Part shown: positions 27,358 through 37,038 of the stretch, one piece after another
Layout of the letters: each line of letters starts with the position of its first letter
How positions within the stretch are numbered: position 1 is the stretch's first letter
Origin: a bacterium
GTDB lineage: Bacteria > Patescibacteriota > Dojkabacteria > B142 > OLB20
Length of the DNA: 64,000 nt
Direction: 5' to 3'
NCBI GenBank assembly: GCA_021463645.1
Contig: JAJTYI010000004.1
Coordinates: forward strand, 110,277-174,276
Notes under the pieces: generated by a model
What the model saw: only the letters and a program-made list of their open reading frames with translations
What the model was told of the DNA's origin: nothing
Database searches by the model: none
Position numbers and translations under genes: made by a program

Positions 27358-30186
27358 TTAATGATGCCCTAAGATCTCACTCGACGATGTTGATGATGGT
27401 ACTTCTGGGTTCTTGTCAATTAAGAAGTTATACATTACAGCCTGAGAACGAAATATTGGAGGATAATCCGCTGAACCAATATTCCACTTCTCTTTAAAGA
27501 CTCCATCAGATACTTCTTCTTTAGTAATGACCAAAGGCATTATATTAGTTTGAAAGTATCTCTTGGCTTCATCCCAGTTTCCGCTTGGAACATCACGACG
27601 CATATGCCGGCTATCTAACGCTAAATAAACGAATTGGGTGAAAAAATAATAAGGGTCTTCGTTCGCAGGTTGGGTTATTAATCCTTTATCCATCATTATT
27701 CGATTCAACGCATTTATTTTCTGCTCGTCGTGTAGTAGACCCGCGAAATCATAAAATAAACGGTTTACTAACTTAGTATTGAAGTGTTCTAATATTTTAT
27801 TCCATTTTTCTTGGTCTTCTGGTGTCGGTTGTTCACCAAACCATACACCTCCATCTCGCCAAAACATTTTTTCCATAGTGCTATATAATGCGCTTATGTC
27901 CCTATCCGGGGTCGTTTCAAGTATCCTAGCTTCTTGTAGCATTCCTACAAATGTGTTTAGCGAGTCTACCGTAGCTTCGGGAGCGTATGGTGGATCAATT
28001 GTTATATCGGAAGCGAAAGGTTGATTGTCTACCAAAAGAGTTATAGGCGCTATCTCTCTAACTGCGCAAGTTTTAAAGATATGCCATCCTAGACTATTTC
28101 TGTCGTTTGGGTCAAAATCACCCGCTTTGTCAGAAAGTTCTTTTGTAACTAAAACACTTGTTGCTTGCTGGAATCTACTGTCATATTCATAGCTTCCTTC
28201 TGCTTTTAGAATATTAAGATGGGCGACTCTTAAATCCCTTGCTTTATGCTCATATTTTCCTACAAGGTCTTGAATATTTAATACCGCTGAACCTTCTTCG
28301 TGGTTATTGCTTGTGATTGAATGACGCATCAAGTAATTTACAAACTTTGGATTTCTAATCTGCTGCGAAAATAACCTTCTATAGAAAGCTTGAGGGTCTT
28401 TCTTTGCTTCTTGTTGCATATATTCAACTGTTCGCTGATAAGCAAACTCAGGGTTGGTTGGAATTTCAGAGACTTTGTACCAAACATCTGTATAGTTTGT
28501 TAATTGCCATAAATCCATCGTAGGAGAAATTCCGATTGCCTTGAGTGCATTTTCATTTCCTTCCGCAAATGGTCTAAGAGCTTCACCATATTTTTCTATA
28601 AAACTATCTGCTGCGGACTCCATTTCCCCTCTAATTGCCGTGACTTCTGCACGCCTTTCATTCGCCTTTTCATATGCTTCGCAGACTTGAGGATACTCTC
28701 TTTGCAGCATTTCGCTTAAAGGATTGTTCTGATACGTTCCGAAAGCTTCTGCGCGGCTTCCTGGTTCAAAGTCCATTAAACCTGTGGTCGGTTGTGATTC
28801 AAACCTAATTAAGTCATAGTGCCTTATTCCTTCTTCGGGTATGGCACTTTCCAACGGTGTTTTAATGCCTCGTTCTTTTAGTCTATTTCTGATTTGGGAT
28901 GCAAGTCCAGCTGGCCCCAATGACTCCATCACAAGGTCTTTCACCCCTAATGCCCGCGCCGCGGTTATCCCCACTTTTTGAACACGTGATACAGCAACAT
29001 CAATATTAGAAGCCTCTTTGGGTTCTTCGTAACCAGCTATATTTTCCGCGCTAATTTGTAAACTTGTTACTAGGGTAATGAAGTCAAGCTCAGCAGTATC
29101 TGACATCTCATGAAGATTGTCTACAAAACGCATATAATACGCGTCAAAGTCTTCTCCGTCTCTTTTCTCCGCGTTGTAGCAATTTTGTGCAAGTATCGCA
29201 AGATGTGTTCCTGTGCCCCTAAGTGCTTCCCCTTGGGGAGTTTCTTCTGTCCTTACCCAAACCTTTTCAGGCAGTAAGTGTTCTTTTCCGCCAAAGTGCT
29301 TTCTATAGACTTGAAGTAGAATCGACTCAGATGCTTCGTGTCGCTCGCCATCGTTTGGTATCTCTGGTCTGGTTAACGCGGCGCCAACACCTGCTTGAAA
29401 TTCCTCGGTTAAACCAACTTTGATGATTGGTGGTATGACTATTGCGGCTGTCGCCGCGGCGCCTGCGCCCCCTATAAGCCGTAAGAATTCTCTGCGGTTT
29501 ATTCCTTCTCTAGTTTTTGGTGGAATTTCCTCTCCTGGAACAATATTAGAAGTTGCGGATTTAGAAAACCAATTCTTAAATCTGGCTTTGAGTGCGCTTC
29601 CCGTGCCCCTCATTTTCCCAAGTAATGTGTAGGTATCATCGTCAAGTTTTTTTATCTCTACTGCTAATACCTCATCAAAATCCGTCTCATCTCCTTTTAG
29701 ATATGCATCAACTGGTATCCCTTCTGAATCAAGTTGTGTTCTTATTTCTTTCGCCTTTTTATATAAACTAGCAGCTGAAACTCCACCTTCCGCTGCTGTC
29801 TGCCCACTAAATTTTGTATAGAGCTCGTTCGCTTCTTGCCAAGTATTTACCCCTTGTATGCTTTGTACTGTTCTTAATAATGCCCATCCATGGTCATCAA
29901 GTTTTCCTGTCTCCTGATCTTGTTGAAGTTCGGTCTTAACAGTTTGATAAGCAACGTCTACTGCCAGTCTTAAAAGGTGATGATTCCCGCCTGTTTGTGC
30001 AAAAAAATCTTCAAAGATCCCATGAGCGTTTTCTCTTCCATCAGAAGTCAATCTAAGATGCCGCGTGTTTTCGTCTCTATAAACAGAGTCGCTATTAACT
30101 CTTCTCAAGTCGTCTTGGTATCTTGAGGAGAGCCTTAACACCTCTCCATTTAACTCCTCTTGTTCTGAAAATTTTAATAATTCCAT
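27358..30186 (-). CDS. Large hypothetical protein with internal twin-arginine-like motif and TM helix
   Basis: 942 aa; INRREFLRLIGGAGAAATAAIVIP at about residue 230. Confidence 0.7.
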   Translation of the reverse strand: MELLKFSEQEELNGEVLRLSSRYQDDLRRVNSDSVYRDENTRHLRLTSDGRENAHGIFEDFFAQTGGNHHLLRLAVDVAYQTVKTELQQDQETGKLDDHGWALLRTVQSIQGVNTWQEANELYTKFSGQTAAEGGVSAASLYKKAKEIRTQLDSEGIPVDAYLKGDETDFDEVLAVEIKKLDDDTYTLLGKMRGTGSALKARFKNWFSKSATSNIVPGEEIPPKTREGINRREFLRLIGGAGAAATAAIVIPPIIKVGLTEEFQAGVGAALTRPEIPNDGERHEASESILLQVYRKHFGGKEHLLPEKVWVRTEETPQGEALRGTGTHLAILAQNCYNAEKRDGEDFDAYYMRFVDNLHEMSDTAELDFITLVTSLQISAENIAGYEEPKEASNIDVAVSRVQKVGITAARALGVKDLVMESLGPAGLASQIRNRLKERGIKTPLESAIPEEGIRHYDLIRFESQPTTGLMDFEPGSRAEAFGTYQNNPLSEMLQREYPQVCEAYEKANERRAEVTAIRGEMESAADSFIEKYGEALRPFAEGNENALKAIGISPTMDLWQLTNYTDVWYKVSEIPTNPEFAYQRTVEYMQQEAKKDPQAFYRRLFSQQIRNPKFVNYLMRHSITSNNHEEGSAVLNIQDLVGKYEHKARDLRVAHLNILKAEGSYEYDSRFQQATSVLVTKELSDKAGDFDPNDRNSLGWHIFKTCAVREIAPITLLVDNQPFASDITIDPPYAPEATVDSLNTFVGMLQEARILETTPDRDISALYSTMEKMFWRDGGVWFGEQPTPEDQEKWNKILEHFNTKLVNRLFYDFAGLLHDEQKINALNRIMMDKGLITQPANEDPYYFFTQFVYLALDSRHMRRDVPSGNWDEAKRYFQTNIMPLVITKEEVSDGVFKEKWNIGSADYPPIFRSQAVMYNFLIDKNPEVPSSTSSSEILGHH

Positions 30187-30197
30187 AGTTGGTATTT

Positions 30198-30518
30198 TTA
30201 GTTCAGTTTATTACCACTTAATACTTGTGTTTTTATTTTGCGCAACCTTTTCTCCAATTCTTTCTCATAGTTCTCCTCAAAATTTGCGATATTCTCTTTT
30301 ACAAACTGCCAAACTTTATCATCATTGTTTTCGCGCTCAAGCAAATCTATAAACTGTTGTCTATTTGTCTCATCGAGACTTGAGATGATGTGGTTAAAAG
30401 TAAAAGAGTTAATAAAATTCACCAACGGGCTGTTCTGGTCTTCCAACTCTTCAAACATAAGGATGTTTAGATTCAGACTGCGAACAAAATTAAGTAGTTG
30501 TATTTGTTGCGTATTCAT
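30198..30518 (-). CDS. Hypothetical helical protein
   Basis: 106-aa ORF in an operon with the downstream genes. Confidence 0.6.
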   Translation of the reverse strand: MNTQQIQLLNFVRSLNLNILMFEELEDQNSPLVNFINSFTFNHIISSLDETNRQQFIDLLERENNDDKVWQFVKENIANFEENYEKELEKRLRKIKTQVLSGNKLN

Positions 30519-30804
30519 ATACGTTCTTCTTGGTAATTATAGATTGTTGACAACTCACGACGCACTGCTGACGCAGTGTTTAATAATAACCTTAAATTTA
30601 TTATACACTTTTTTAATGAATTTGAGAAAACTATTTGATATGGCTCTAGACCATCAATGGTTTAAATTAAATAGATGGGCAGTTGTTGGACTCGTTCATC
30701 AACCTAGAAATAGATTTTAGATTCAATTTATTCTTCCTCTGTATTTCGGTATAATTCACTTACAAAGTTTAGTGACACCCAAACTCAGTGCTTCGGTATT
30801 GGAC

Positions 30805-30924
30805 ATGGTCAAACTATCCTATTATTTAGAAGCTGTTCGCACCGGAAAGCAATATAGAGTTAGTCAGAAACAATTAGATAAATTTTTGAAATCAGTTGAA
30901 AATAATTTAAAACGTCCCCTGTGA
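30805..30924 (+). pseudogene. Excisionase-like (HTH_17/MerR-like) C-terminal fragment
   Basis: Read manually: MVKLSYYLEAVRTGKQYRVSQKQLDKFLKSVENNLKRPL; N-terminal HTH missing. Confidence 0.5.
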
Positions 30925-31078
30925 AATCCATATTATAAGATACTTTTCTTTTAAGCTAATTAGCTTAGGTTTGTTATTTTCGTTAAAATAGTAGTAAAAA
31001 TACTGTCCCATTCTTTGACGATATTACTGTTAATTAGGTAGATGATATTAATATTATAAATATTTATTAAAAACCGAT

Positions 31079-32380
31079 ATGCCTGAAACTGAGTATAGAA
31101 TTCCAGAAGATTACATCGCTCGCATGGCGGAAGAATTGGCAGGTTCGCAATCACTAAATTTAGTTGAAGGGGATGTACTTTTAATAAATTGTGATGAATG
31201 GGGTATTCCGCTTTATCAGAAATTAGCTAAAATCTGCGCAGATAGGGGAGTTGAATTGAGATTGGCGTACAATGGGACGCAGAATATACCGGAAGAATTG
31301 TTAAATCTTCAAAACAGAATCGCTGAGGGAGCTTTTGATGAGGGCTCCTCAGAACTAGCTGCGGAAGTAGAAAATATAGCAGGTGTTCATCTAAATGATG
31401 GAGCTAACAAGGTAATTGCATTAAGAGGGTTCCCTCCTCTCGATCTAAAAGACAGCGAGATAAGCGAGAGCTTGGGTGAGTTGTATGAAAACGCATCAAA
31501 GAAGAATCGAGAACTAAGAGGGCCAAAAGATTGGATAGTTATCTTGATACCTACCCCGGAAGAGGCAAGAATAATAGGGTTAAGTTATGAAGAATATCTG
31601 GAGATGTTCTTTAAGGCAATTGATCGAGACTATGAAACGGTTTACACAGAACAAAGTCGCGCGATAGAGAAATTGAGAAAAGGGAAAAAGTTAGAAATTA
31701 CACAACACAATCCTGACGCTCCCGAAGGTTGGCAGGATACTTATCTGGAAATAGACATAGAAGACCATTTCCGGGACGGGATAGTTAACTGGGCGAATTC
31801 AACCATAAGAAGAAATATGCCAGGAAGCGAAATTTTTACCGCTCCAAATAATGTAAACGGTGTATTTACAGTATTTGGTCCGATCTCCTTTGCTAGAGAA
31901 GTGCTAAAAGGTATGAAATGGGTAATAAAAGATAATGAAATCGACTTAGACCAATTAGAGATACTTATAGAGGGAGGAGACCAAGACTCTGCGGAATACG
32001 CAAGAATCTTAAAGGAAGTAAAGGCTGAACTTACTAAAGATGAAGGTGCGCGATTTATCGGAGAACTAGGAATCGGAACAAATCCTGTTATACAGGGCTC
32101 TCAAATTAATGCAGTTCTAGCCGAGAAGAAATTAGGATTTCATTTGGCAGCAGGGGATTCGTATGAAATTTATAACGAAAAACCCTATGCCGATGGTGTA
32201 TGGGTACATGTTGATAACGGTATTCGAAGTGCCCATCATTACGATCTACCATCTGCAAATTATGAAGGACTAACCATAAAGCTTGATGGAGAACAATTTA
32301 TGGTAAATGGAGTATTTGTTAACCCAGACGGTACTCCTGATCCTCAGTTAGCGTATATTTCTGCATCTACCGCAATTTGA
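31079..32380 (+). CDS. Aminopeptidase, peptidase M29 family
   Basis: NMPGSEIFTAP, DEGARFIGELGIGTN, LAEK, HLAAGDSY, SAHHYD. Confidence 0.88.
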   Translation: MPETEYRIPEDYIARMAEELAGSQSLNLVEGDVLLINCDEWGIPLYQKLAKICADRGVELRLAYNGTQNIPEELLNLQNRIAEGAFDEGSSELAAEVENIAGVHLNDGANKVIALRGFPPLDLKDSEISESLGELYENASKKNRELRGPKDWIVILIPTPEEARIIGLSYEEYLEMFFKAIDRDYETVYTEQSRAIEKLRKGKKLEITQHNPDAPEGWQDTYLEIDIEDHFRDGIVNWANSTIRRNMPGSEIFTAPNNVNGVFTVFGPISFAREVLKGMKWVIKDNEIDLDQLEILIEGGDQDSAEYARILKEVKAELTKDEGARFIGELGIGTNPVIQGSQINAVLAEKKLGFHLAAGDSYEIYNEKPYADGVWVHVDNGIRSAHHYDLPSANYEGLTIKLDGEQFMVNGVFVNPDGTPDPQLAYISASTAI

Positions 32381-32736
32381 ATGAGCTTTTTCAATTCGGC
32401 TTCATCAATCTTATCTCCTTCTTTTAAGTCGATACCACGATGATTCTTAGAATCAAATCCAGAATTAAGTAACTTACTTTTATCTTTATCTGCGAATTTC
32501 GCCCCGTTCAGAAAGTTTAACTTTACATGAGTTTTAAATCCACATGCCGCTGCGATCATCTTGTTCCCACTCCAGACTGGGGTATTCCATTTCCATTCTT
32601 CTTTTAAATCCGGTTTAACTTCCAGTAGAAGTTTTCTAAACATGGAGATCAAATCCGCCTGCCATTTCGGCAGTTCAGAAATGTATTTGTCGATTTGTTC
32701 TGGATTGGTCATATATATACCTACTAAGATTACCAA
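32344..32736 (-). CDS. DUF1801-domain protein
   Basis: IDKYISELPKWQ, EEWKWNTPVW, FKTHVKLNFLNGA. Confidence 0.85.
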   Translation of the reverse strand: MVILVGIYMTNPEQIDKYISELPKWQADLISMFRKLLLEVKPDLKEEWKWNTPVWSGNKMIAAACGFKTHVKLNFLNGAKFADKDKSKLLNSGFDSKNHRGIDLKEGDKIDEAELKKLIQIAVDAEIYAN

Positions 32737-32781
32737 TATGATAATTTTACATGTTTTATATTTCTAACACGATTATATAGA

Positions 32782-32821
32782 TCTGTTATATAATAAAGGA
32801 TGCTTTTGTTATATAACAAAA
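32782..32821. promoter_or_regulatory. Palindromic operator-like pair
   Basis: Perfect palindrome TTTTGTTATATAACAAAA (32804-32821) plus a degenerate copy at 32782-32797, in a divergent intergenic region. Confidence 0.45.
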
Positions 32822-33041
32822 AATAGTACTATAGATATTTTTTATAATAGAAATATGGAGGGTGATACTTGTCCTCAAAGAGGTGACATTGTTTACTGCG
32901 AGCCAAAGGATGGTGGGATGGAGATCTCTTTTCCATGGGGGTTATCGGCGTATAGGCTGAATGAGAATGGGTACTTGATTCCTGTTGTAATAGGCCCTGG
33001 GGCGGGCATACTTACTGGGGGCGGTCAACTTTTTTTTGGAG

Positions 33042-33345
33042 GAGAATTACTACAAATGTATATGAAGAATTACGAGCCAAATGGAACAAACAGAAAAAGA
33101 AACACGAGGATAAACTTGAAAGGATTAGCCAAGCAGACGAAGAGTATTATATTACCTCTGCAATGCTACTTGAGCTTGCGTCGAGAAGTTACGAACTATT
33201 TATGGGTTCTGAACCTGAACAAAAAAGGCGACTTATTACCCTTACACTTCAAAACCTAACCATAAAAGATGGAAAACTGCAGTATGACTGGATAAAACCT
33301 TTCGATTCTATCTTCAATTCTGCTAAGAGTCACGAATGGGGTGGC
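33042..33345 (+). pseudogene. Truncated large serine recombinase (C-terminal coiled coil and tail only)
   Basis: RITTNVYEELRAKW...LLELASRSYELFMGSEPEQKRRLITLTLQNLTIKDGKLQYDWIKPFD, reading into the antisense tRNA; catalytic domain absent. Confidence 0.75.
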
Positions 33346-33414
33346 AAATGGGACTCGAACCCACGACCTCCTCTTCCACAGAGAGGCGCTCTAACCAACT
33401 GAGCTATTGCCACC
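33337..33414 (-). tRNA. tRNA-His(GUG), intact
   Basis: GGTGGCAATAGCTCAGTTGGTTAGAGCGCCTCTCTGTGGAAGAGGAGGTCGTGGGTTCGAGTCCCATTTGCCACCCCA; G-1:C73 pair, perfect acceptor stem, encoded CCA. Confidence 0.96.
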
Positions 33415-33654
33415 ATCTTTGATAAATTCTTTTATCAATTCCCTCCATTGACCAGTTTTTAATTCTTTTTCTCTATCGATTGCCTCTTCCTTGGTTCTGA
33501 ACATTTCTTTATAAACTAACTCAAAAGGTATTCTGGTCTTTGTTGATTTCACTTTACCAAGATTGTGTTCACTCACCCTCTTATCAATGTCTTTGGTGTA
33601 ACCAGTATACAACTTTTGATCCTTTTTGCTTTGAATTATGTATATATAAAACAT
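33391..33654 (-). CDS. Small GIY-YIG nuclease family protein
   Basis: MFYIYIIQS..LYTGYT.DIDKRVSEHN.G...STK, EAIDREKELK; its 3' end overlaps the tRNA 5' end. Confidence 0.92.
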   Translation of the reverse strand: MFYIYIIQSKKDQKLYTGYTKDIDKRVSEHNLGKVKSTKTRIPFELVYKEMFRTKEEAIDREKELKTGQWRELIKEFIKDGGNSSVG

Positions 33655-33669
33655 TTTATCAAATAAATC

Positions 33670-33719
33670 GGCGCTCCCTGCCTGCCGGCAGGCAGGTAAC
33701 CAACTGAACTACAACCACC
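33670..33719 (-). pseudogene. tRNA-His-like 5' fragment with a 20-bp palindrome inserted in the D-loop
   Basis: GGTGGTTGTAGTTCAGTTGGTTA[CCTGCCTGCCGGCAGGCAGG]GAGCGCC. Confidence 0.75.
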
Positions 33720-33838
33720 AAATTTGTCACGTAAGAGATTATATCAAATTGTAAACTAGAAACTGAGGGATTAAAGAAGAAAATTGTCCGGGATTAAATC
33801 ACTGAACAAGGAACGAAGAAACAAAATGAGGTGTAACA

Positions 33839-33905
33839 ACCCCGGATTTAATCCGGGGGAGTGTCCCGTAAAAGAGCGAACTTGTGAGCGAATTTGTACG
33901 GGACC
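33839..33905. repeat. Two adjacent GC-rich palindromes (REP-like)
   Basis: CCCCGGATTTAATCCGGGG and GTCCCGTA...TACGGGAC. Confidence 0.7.
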
Positions 33906-34133
33906 CAACTACAAATCACGAAATAGATTATATCAAAAAGCGTTCTAGAAACTGAGGTTTTTAGTAGGAAACTTTATTAGAGATAAAATTAAGGAACTAG
34001 GAATGGAGTTTGACAATGACATGCAATCCTCCCTTGTTTGATAAATATCATTATATACTTGTCAAAGTCCCTAGCGATTTTACAATTAGGTTTTGTAGCT
34101 GTATAATCCCGATATATTTTTTATCCAATAACT

Positions 34134-34436
34134 ATGCCAGATTTAAATCTCGGTCGACACTTAGATGATATGAGTATTGATAATATCTTAATCGGTGAAG
34201 CAGCCCAAGTTGAGTTCGAAACAAGATATCTCAATGAACCCTCCTTAATAGATATAGGAAGTCAGAGGTTTAGATTTGAAGAAGTAAGACGAGAACAGCT
34301 ACGAGAGAGTTTTGCATTTGGTTTAAATCATGGTTTAAGGAACGAGTCTCTTGATACAACAAACCAACCAGAAAATCCTTATGAGCAAAGATTTGTAGGG
34401 TATGGTTATAGTTATGGATCAAGCATAGTGAATTGA
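34134..34436 (+). CDS. Hypothetical protein
   Basis: 100-aa ORF; TATAAT about 30 nt upstream. Confidence 0.55.
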   Translation: MPDLNLGRHLDDMSIDNILIGEAAQVEFETRYLNEPSLIDIGSQRFRFEEVRREQLRESFAFGLNHGLRNESLDTTNQPENPYEQRFVGYGYSYGSSIVN

Positions 34437-34601
34437 AAATGTAAGTTATAAGTACTTTGCGGAGAGGTACTTAAACTAGAATCAGTCCTTCCTAGATTTA
34501 CTGCATTAGTTAGTTATTCTCTAAATTGGAGTATTAACTTTTTATAACTTGATACAAATATCTCTACCCAATATACTTAAGTATTCATTATCTCTATAAC
34601 T

Positions 34602-35006
34602 ATGAAAAAGCCACTTCTTCTTTCCAGTGCGATTCTAATTCTAATGTCTTTAGTACATATTATCTGGGGGAGGGAGAATTTTCTAAATGAATTTGCGAGT
34701 GATCAATCTGAACTTAAATTGATAGCAACTATTTCCTGGTATCAAGGTGCTGGTGTTATTTTCTTATTGGGAATGTTTCTTGGATTCCAAGCAGTCAGAG
34801 GGGTAATGAATAAAATGTTTATATTATTCTCGCTTTTATCACTTACTGCTAATATTCTCATTTTTGCCATACTCGCTTTAATGAATGACGAGTCAAAATT
34901 ACTACTTTCATCATTTCCACAGTTGGTAACGTTTTCGGTGGTGATAGGGTTACTGATTTATAGCACTAAAAAGAGTAGCGAAATTTCAGAGGAACTAGAT
35001 TCCTAA
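34602..35006 (+). CDS. Hypothetical 4-TM membrane protein
   Basis: Four hydrophobic helices. Confidence 0.7.
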   Translation: MKKPLLLSSAILILMSLVHIIWGRENFLNEFASDQSELKLIATISWYQGAGVIFLLGMFLGFQAVRGVMNKMFILFSLLSLTANILIFAILALMNDESKLLLSSFPQLVTFSVVIGLLIYSTKKSSEISEELDS

Positions 35007-35076
35007 TACGTGAAATATTCATTCCCGAGTTCTGTGTTTTAGATATTCTTTCCAAACTAGATATTCTAATGATATA

Positions 35077-35457
35077 ATGATTAAATATCATGGTTATATA
35101 TTAATAATGCTTGGAGAGACTCCAACTGACAATTTGATATTATTTTTTTTAGAAAAATATCCCGGGGAAATGAAGAAATTGGGAAATGATTCAGGTCGTT
35201 TTGGCTATGTTCCTTTAATTTCCCTAGAATCTGGATGCGAGTGTCTATGTCCAGACATTAGTGGGATAAGTGTTGAGGATTTTTCACTTCTTGGCAAAGG
35301 GGATCCTTTTCAAAGAGCTTTTTTTGGCCGTAATGTTTCAGGTATTGCGCAGGTATTGGGTATGTCGGAGTACGGAGACTTTATCAAAGTTAGTTGCAAG
35401 GGAGAAATCTTCTTTATGTCCCCAAAGGCTCATGTAATCGTAGCTCGAGAAGCTTAA
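35077..35457 (+). CDS. Hypothetical protein
   Basis: 126-aa ORF (start may be 35107). Confidence 0.5.
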   Translation: MIKYHGYILIMLGETPTDNLILFFLEKYPGEMKKLGNDSGRFGYVPLISLESGCECLCPDISGISVEDFSLLGKGDPFQRAFFGRNVSGIAQVLGMSEYGDFIKVSCKGEIFFMSPKAHVIVAREA

Positions 35458-35674
35458 ATTTAACCATATCAAAAATACATAGTGCAAGGGAAATTAAGAT
35501 TTTGGGAGCAATACCATGAACTAGTTTCTAATCCTTCCTATTAATCTCCCATCTATCCGCGCTAATTTTTCCTTTGTCTAGTCTCTCAAATACATCATCA
35601 TTATTGTAATTACTAACGAATCTTTACGTTAACGGTGTGTTATCACGTATTTCTAATTTTTATAGTTTAATTAA

Positions 35675-35911
35675 ATGGATCTAGCATCTCCAGATGCCCT
35701 AAGTGTAGCCGATAGAGTTGCTGCGGAAACCCCGGAGGAAACCGCAAGTTTTCTGAATCAACCATTACGTACCATAATTAATGGTCTTTTAGGAGGAAAT
35801 GAGAGACCTCATGTTGTGCATCTAGTCGGAAAACATGGCGTCTATGACGTAAATGCACATCCAGAATTGGATGAAAATGGGGTTAAACATAATATTTATG
35901 AACCACTTTAA
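35675..35911 (+). CDS. Hypothetical protein
   Basis: 78-aa ORF with AT-rich leader. Confidence 0.5.
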   Translation: MDLASPDALSVADRVAAETPEETASFLNQPLRTIINGLLGGNERPHVVHLVGKHGVYDVNAHPELDENGVKHNIYEPL

Positions 35912-36272
35912 TTTTAATTAGGTATATAAAAACAGGTTGATTGACGAGAAGTTTTATTTTTGGTATTTGTGAGGACAAAAATCATCCATTGTTTTCACGA
36001 AAAAATAAGCTTGATTATGAATATACAAGACATTTTTCTATTCATGAATTAATTTCGCCCTATTGTCCGACTGTCCAATTTGATGGATTTAAGTAAATAA
36101 TTTTGCCGAAATTAGTCAAATAAATGTATATTCTGCGTTGGTTTATTTTCATTAATGATTGGAGAAGAAATTAAATCTTATCCAATTCTCTCCAAACAAA
36201 TTTTGCATATCATCCAAAATATTTCCAAAAAACCAATTTATTTCGTATAATTCTTAACTATTATTGAAATAA

Positions 36273-36599
36273 ATGTCAGTAAATTTTCCGGAACCACTAC
36301 CAGATAATCTCAATGAACTACAAGTAGGAAAATCGTATTTTATACCTCAGGGAAGAAGGGCATTATTACAGAGATGCGGTGATTGTATTGGTGGAAGCGT
36401 TCAGGAAGGAATTTTTACTGAAGCACCGGATTTTGCTCCAGCTAATTATACTACAAGAGAGTTTACTGTCAGGGAAGGTCAGGTTATTAGGGTTGCTGAG
36501 AAACCCGCGGGATGTACACAATGTTGTGGCAGTCCATGTGTACATCTGGGTCAGTTCGATACAGATAATCTATACCGTTTGATGGACAATAGCTTATAA
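36273..36599 (+). CDS. Cys-rich hypothetical protein (possible metal binding)
   Basis: RCGDC and GCTQCCGSPCVH. Confidence 0.55.
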   Translation: MSVNFPEPLPDNLNELQVGKSYFIPQGRRALLQRCGDCIGGSVQEGIFTEAPDFAPANYTTREFTVREGQVIRVAEKPAGCTQCCGSPCVHLGQFDTDNLYRLMDNSL

Positions 36600-36636
36600 T
36601 CAATTAGATATATAATTCCAAAATGTAATCTCTCCA

Positions 36637-36918
36637 ATGATAATTGATGTTGAAAAAAAACTCACTTCGATTTCAAACCTTCCTGACGGTTCTTTAATTA
36701 ATGTTCTTCCGGGCGCAGTCGGTCAAGTAATAGAGAGTTCTGGCTTGATAAAAGATATAAGTCCAGTTTTAATAAGGGAAAAGGCATACTTTACTCTTAA
36801 ACAAGGTCTAGGATATTGTTTAATTGGAATGTTTGGAGATAAGATAATTCACCCAGTAGACTATTCTGTTGAAGGTAACTTTCAAGTCGTATTGAAATGT
36901 CCACCAATTAATAATTAG
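36637..36918 (+). CDS. Hypothetical protein
   Basis: 93-aa ORF; TATAAT upstream. Confidence 0.5.
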   Translation: MIIDVEKKLTSISNLPDGSLINVLPGAVGQVIESSGLIKDISPVLIREKAYFTLKQGLGYCLIGMFGDKIIHPVDYSVEGNFQVVLKCPPINN

Positions 36919-37038
36919 AGTAAGAATCTCCCATAATATATAATTATCTTGTTCGGAAAATGGCTTTTGATTTTGAAAAGTAAGTGCAAGTCTTTGTGTA
37001 TTGCTAATTAGGGCGTATAATTAGTATATACATATTAG

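Noticed and set aside
32855..33402. ORFs 32855-33259 and 33163-33402 as intact genes
   Set aside because: The first runs out of frame into recombinase relic DNA; the second is the relic itself reading into antisense tRNA
34437..37038. Integron cassette array
   Set aside because: No attC-like sites or integron integrase seen
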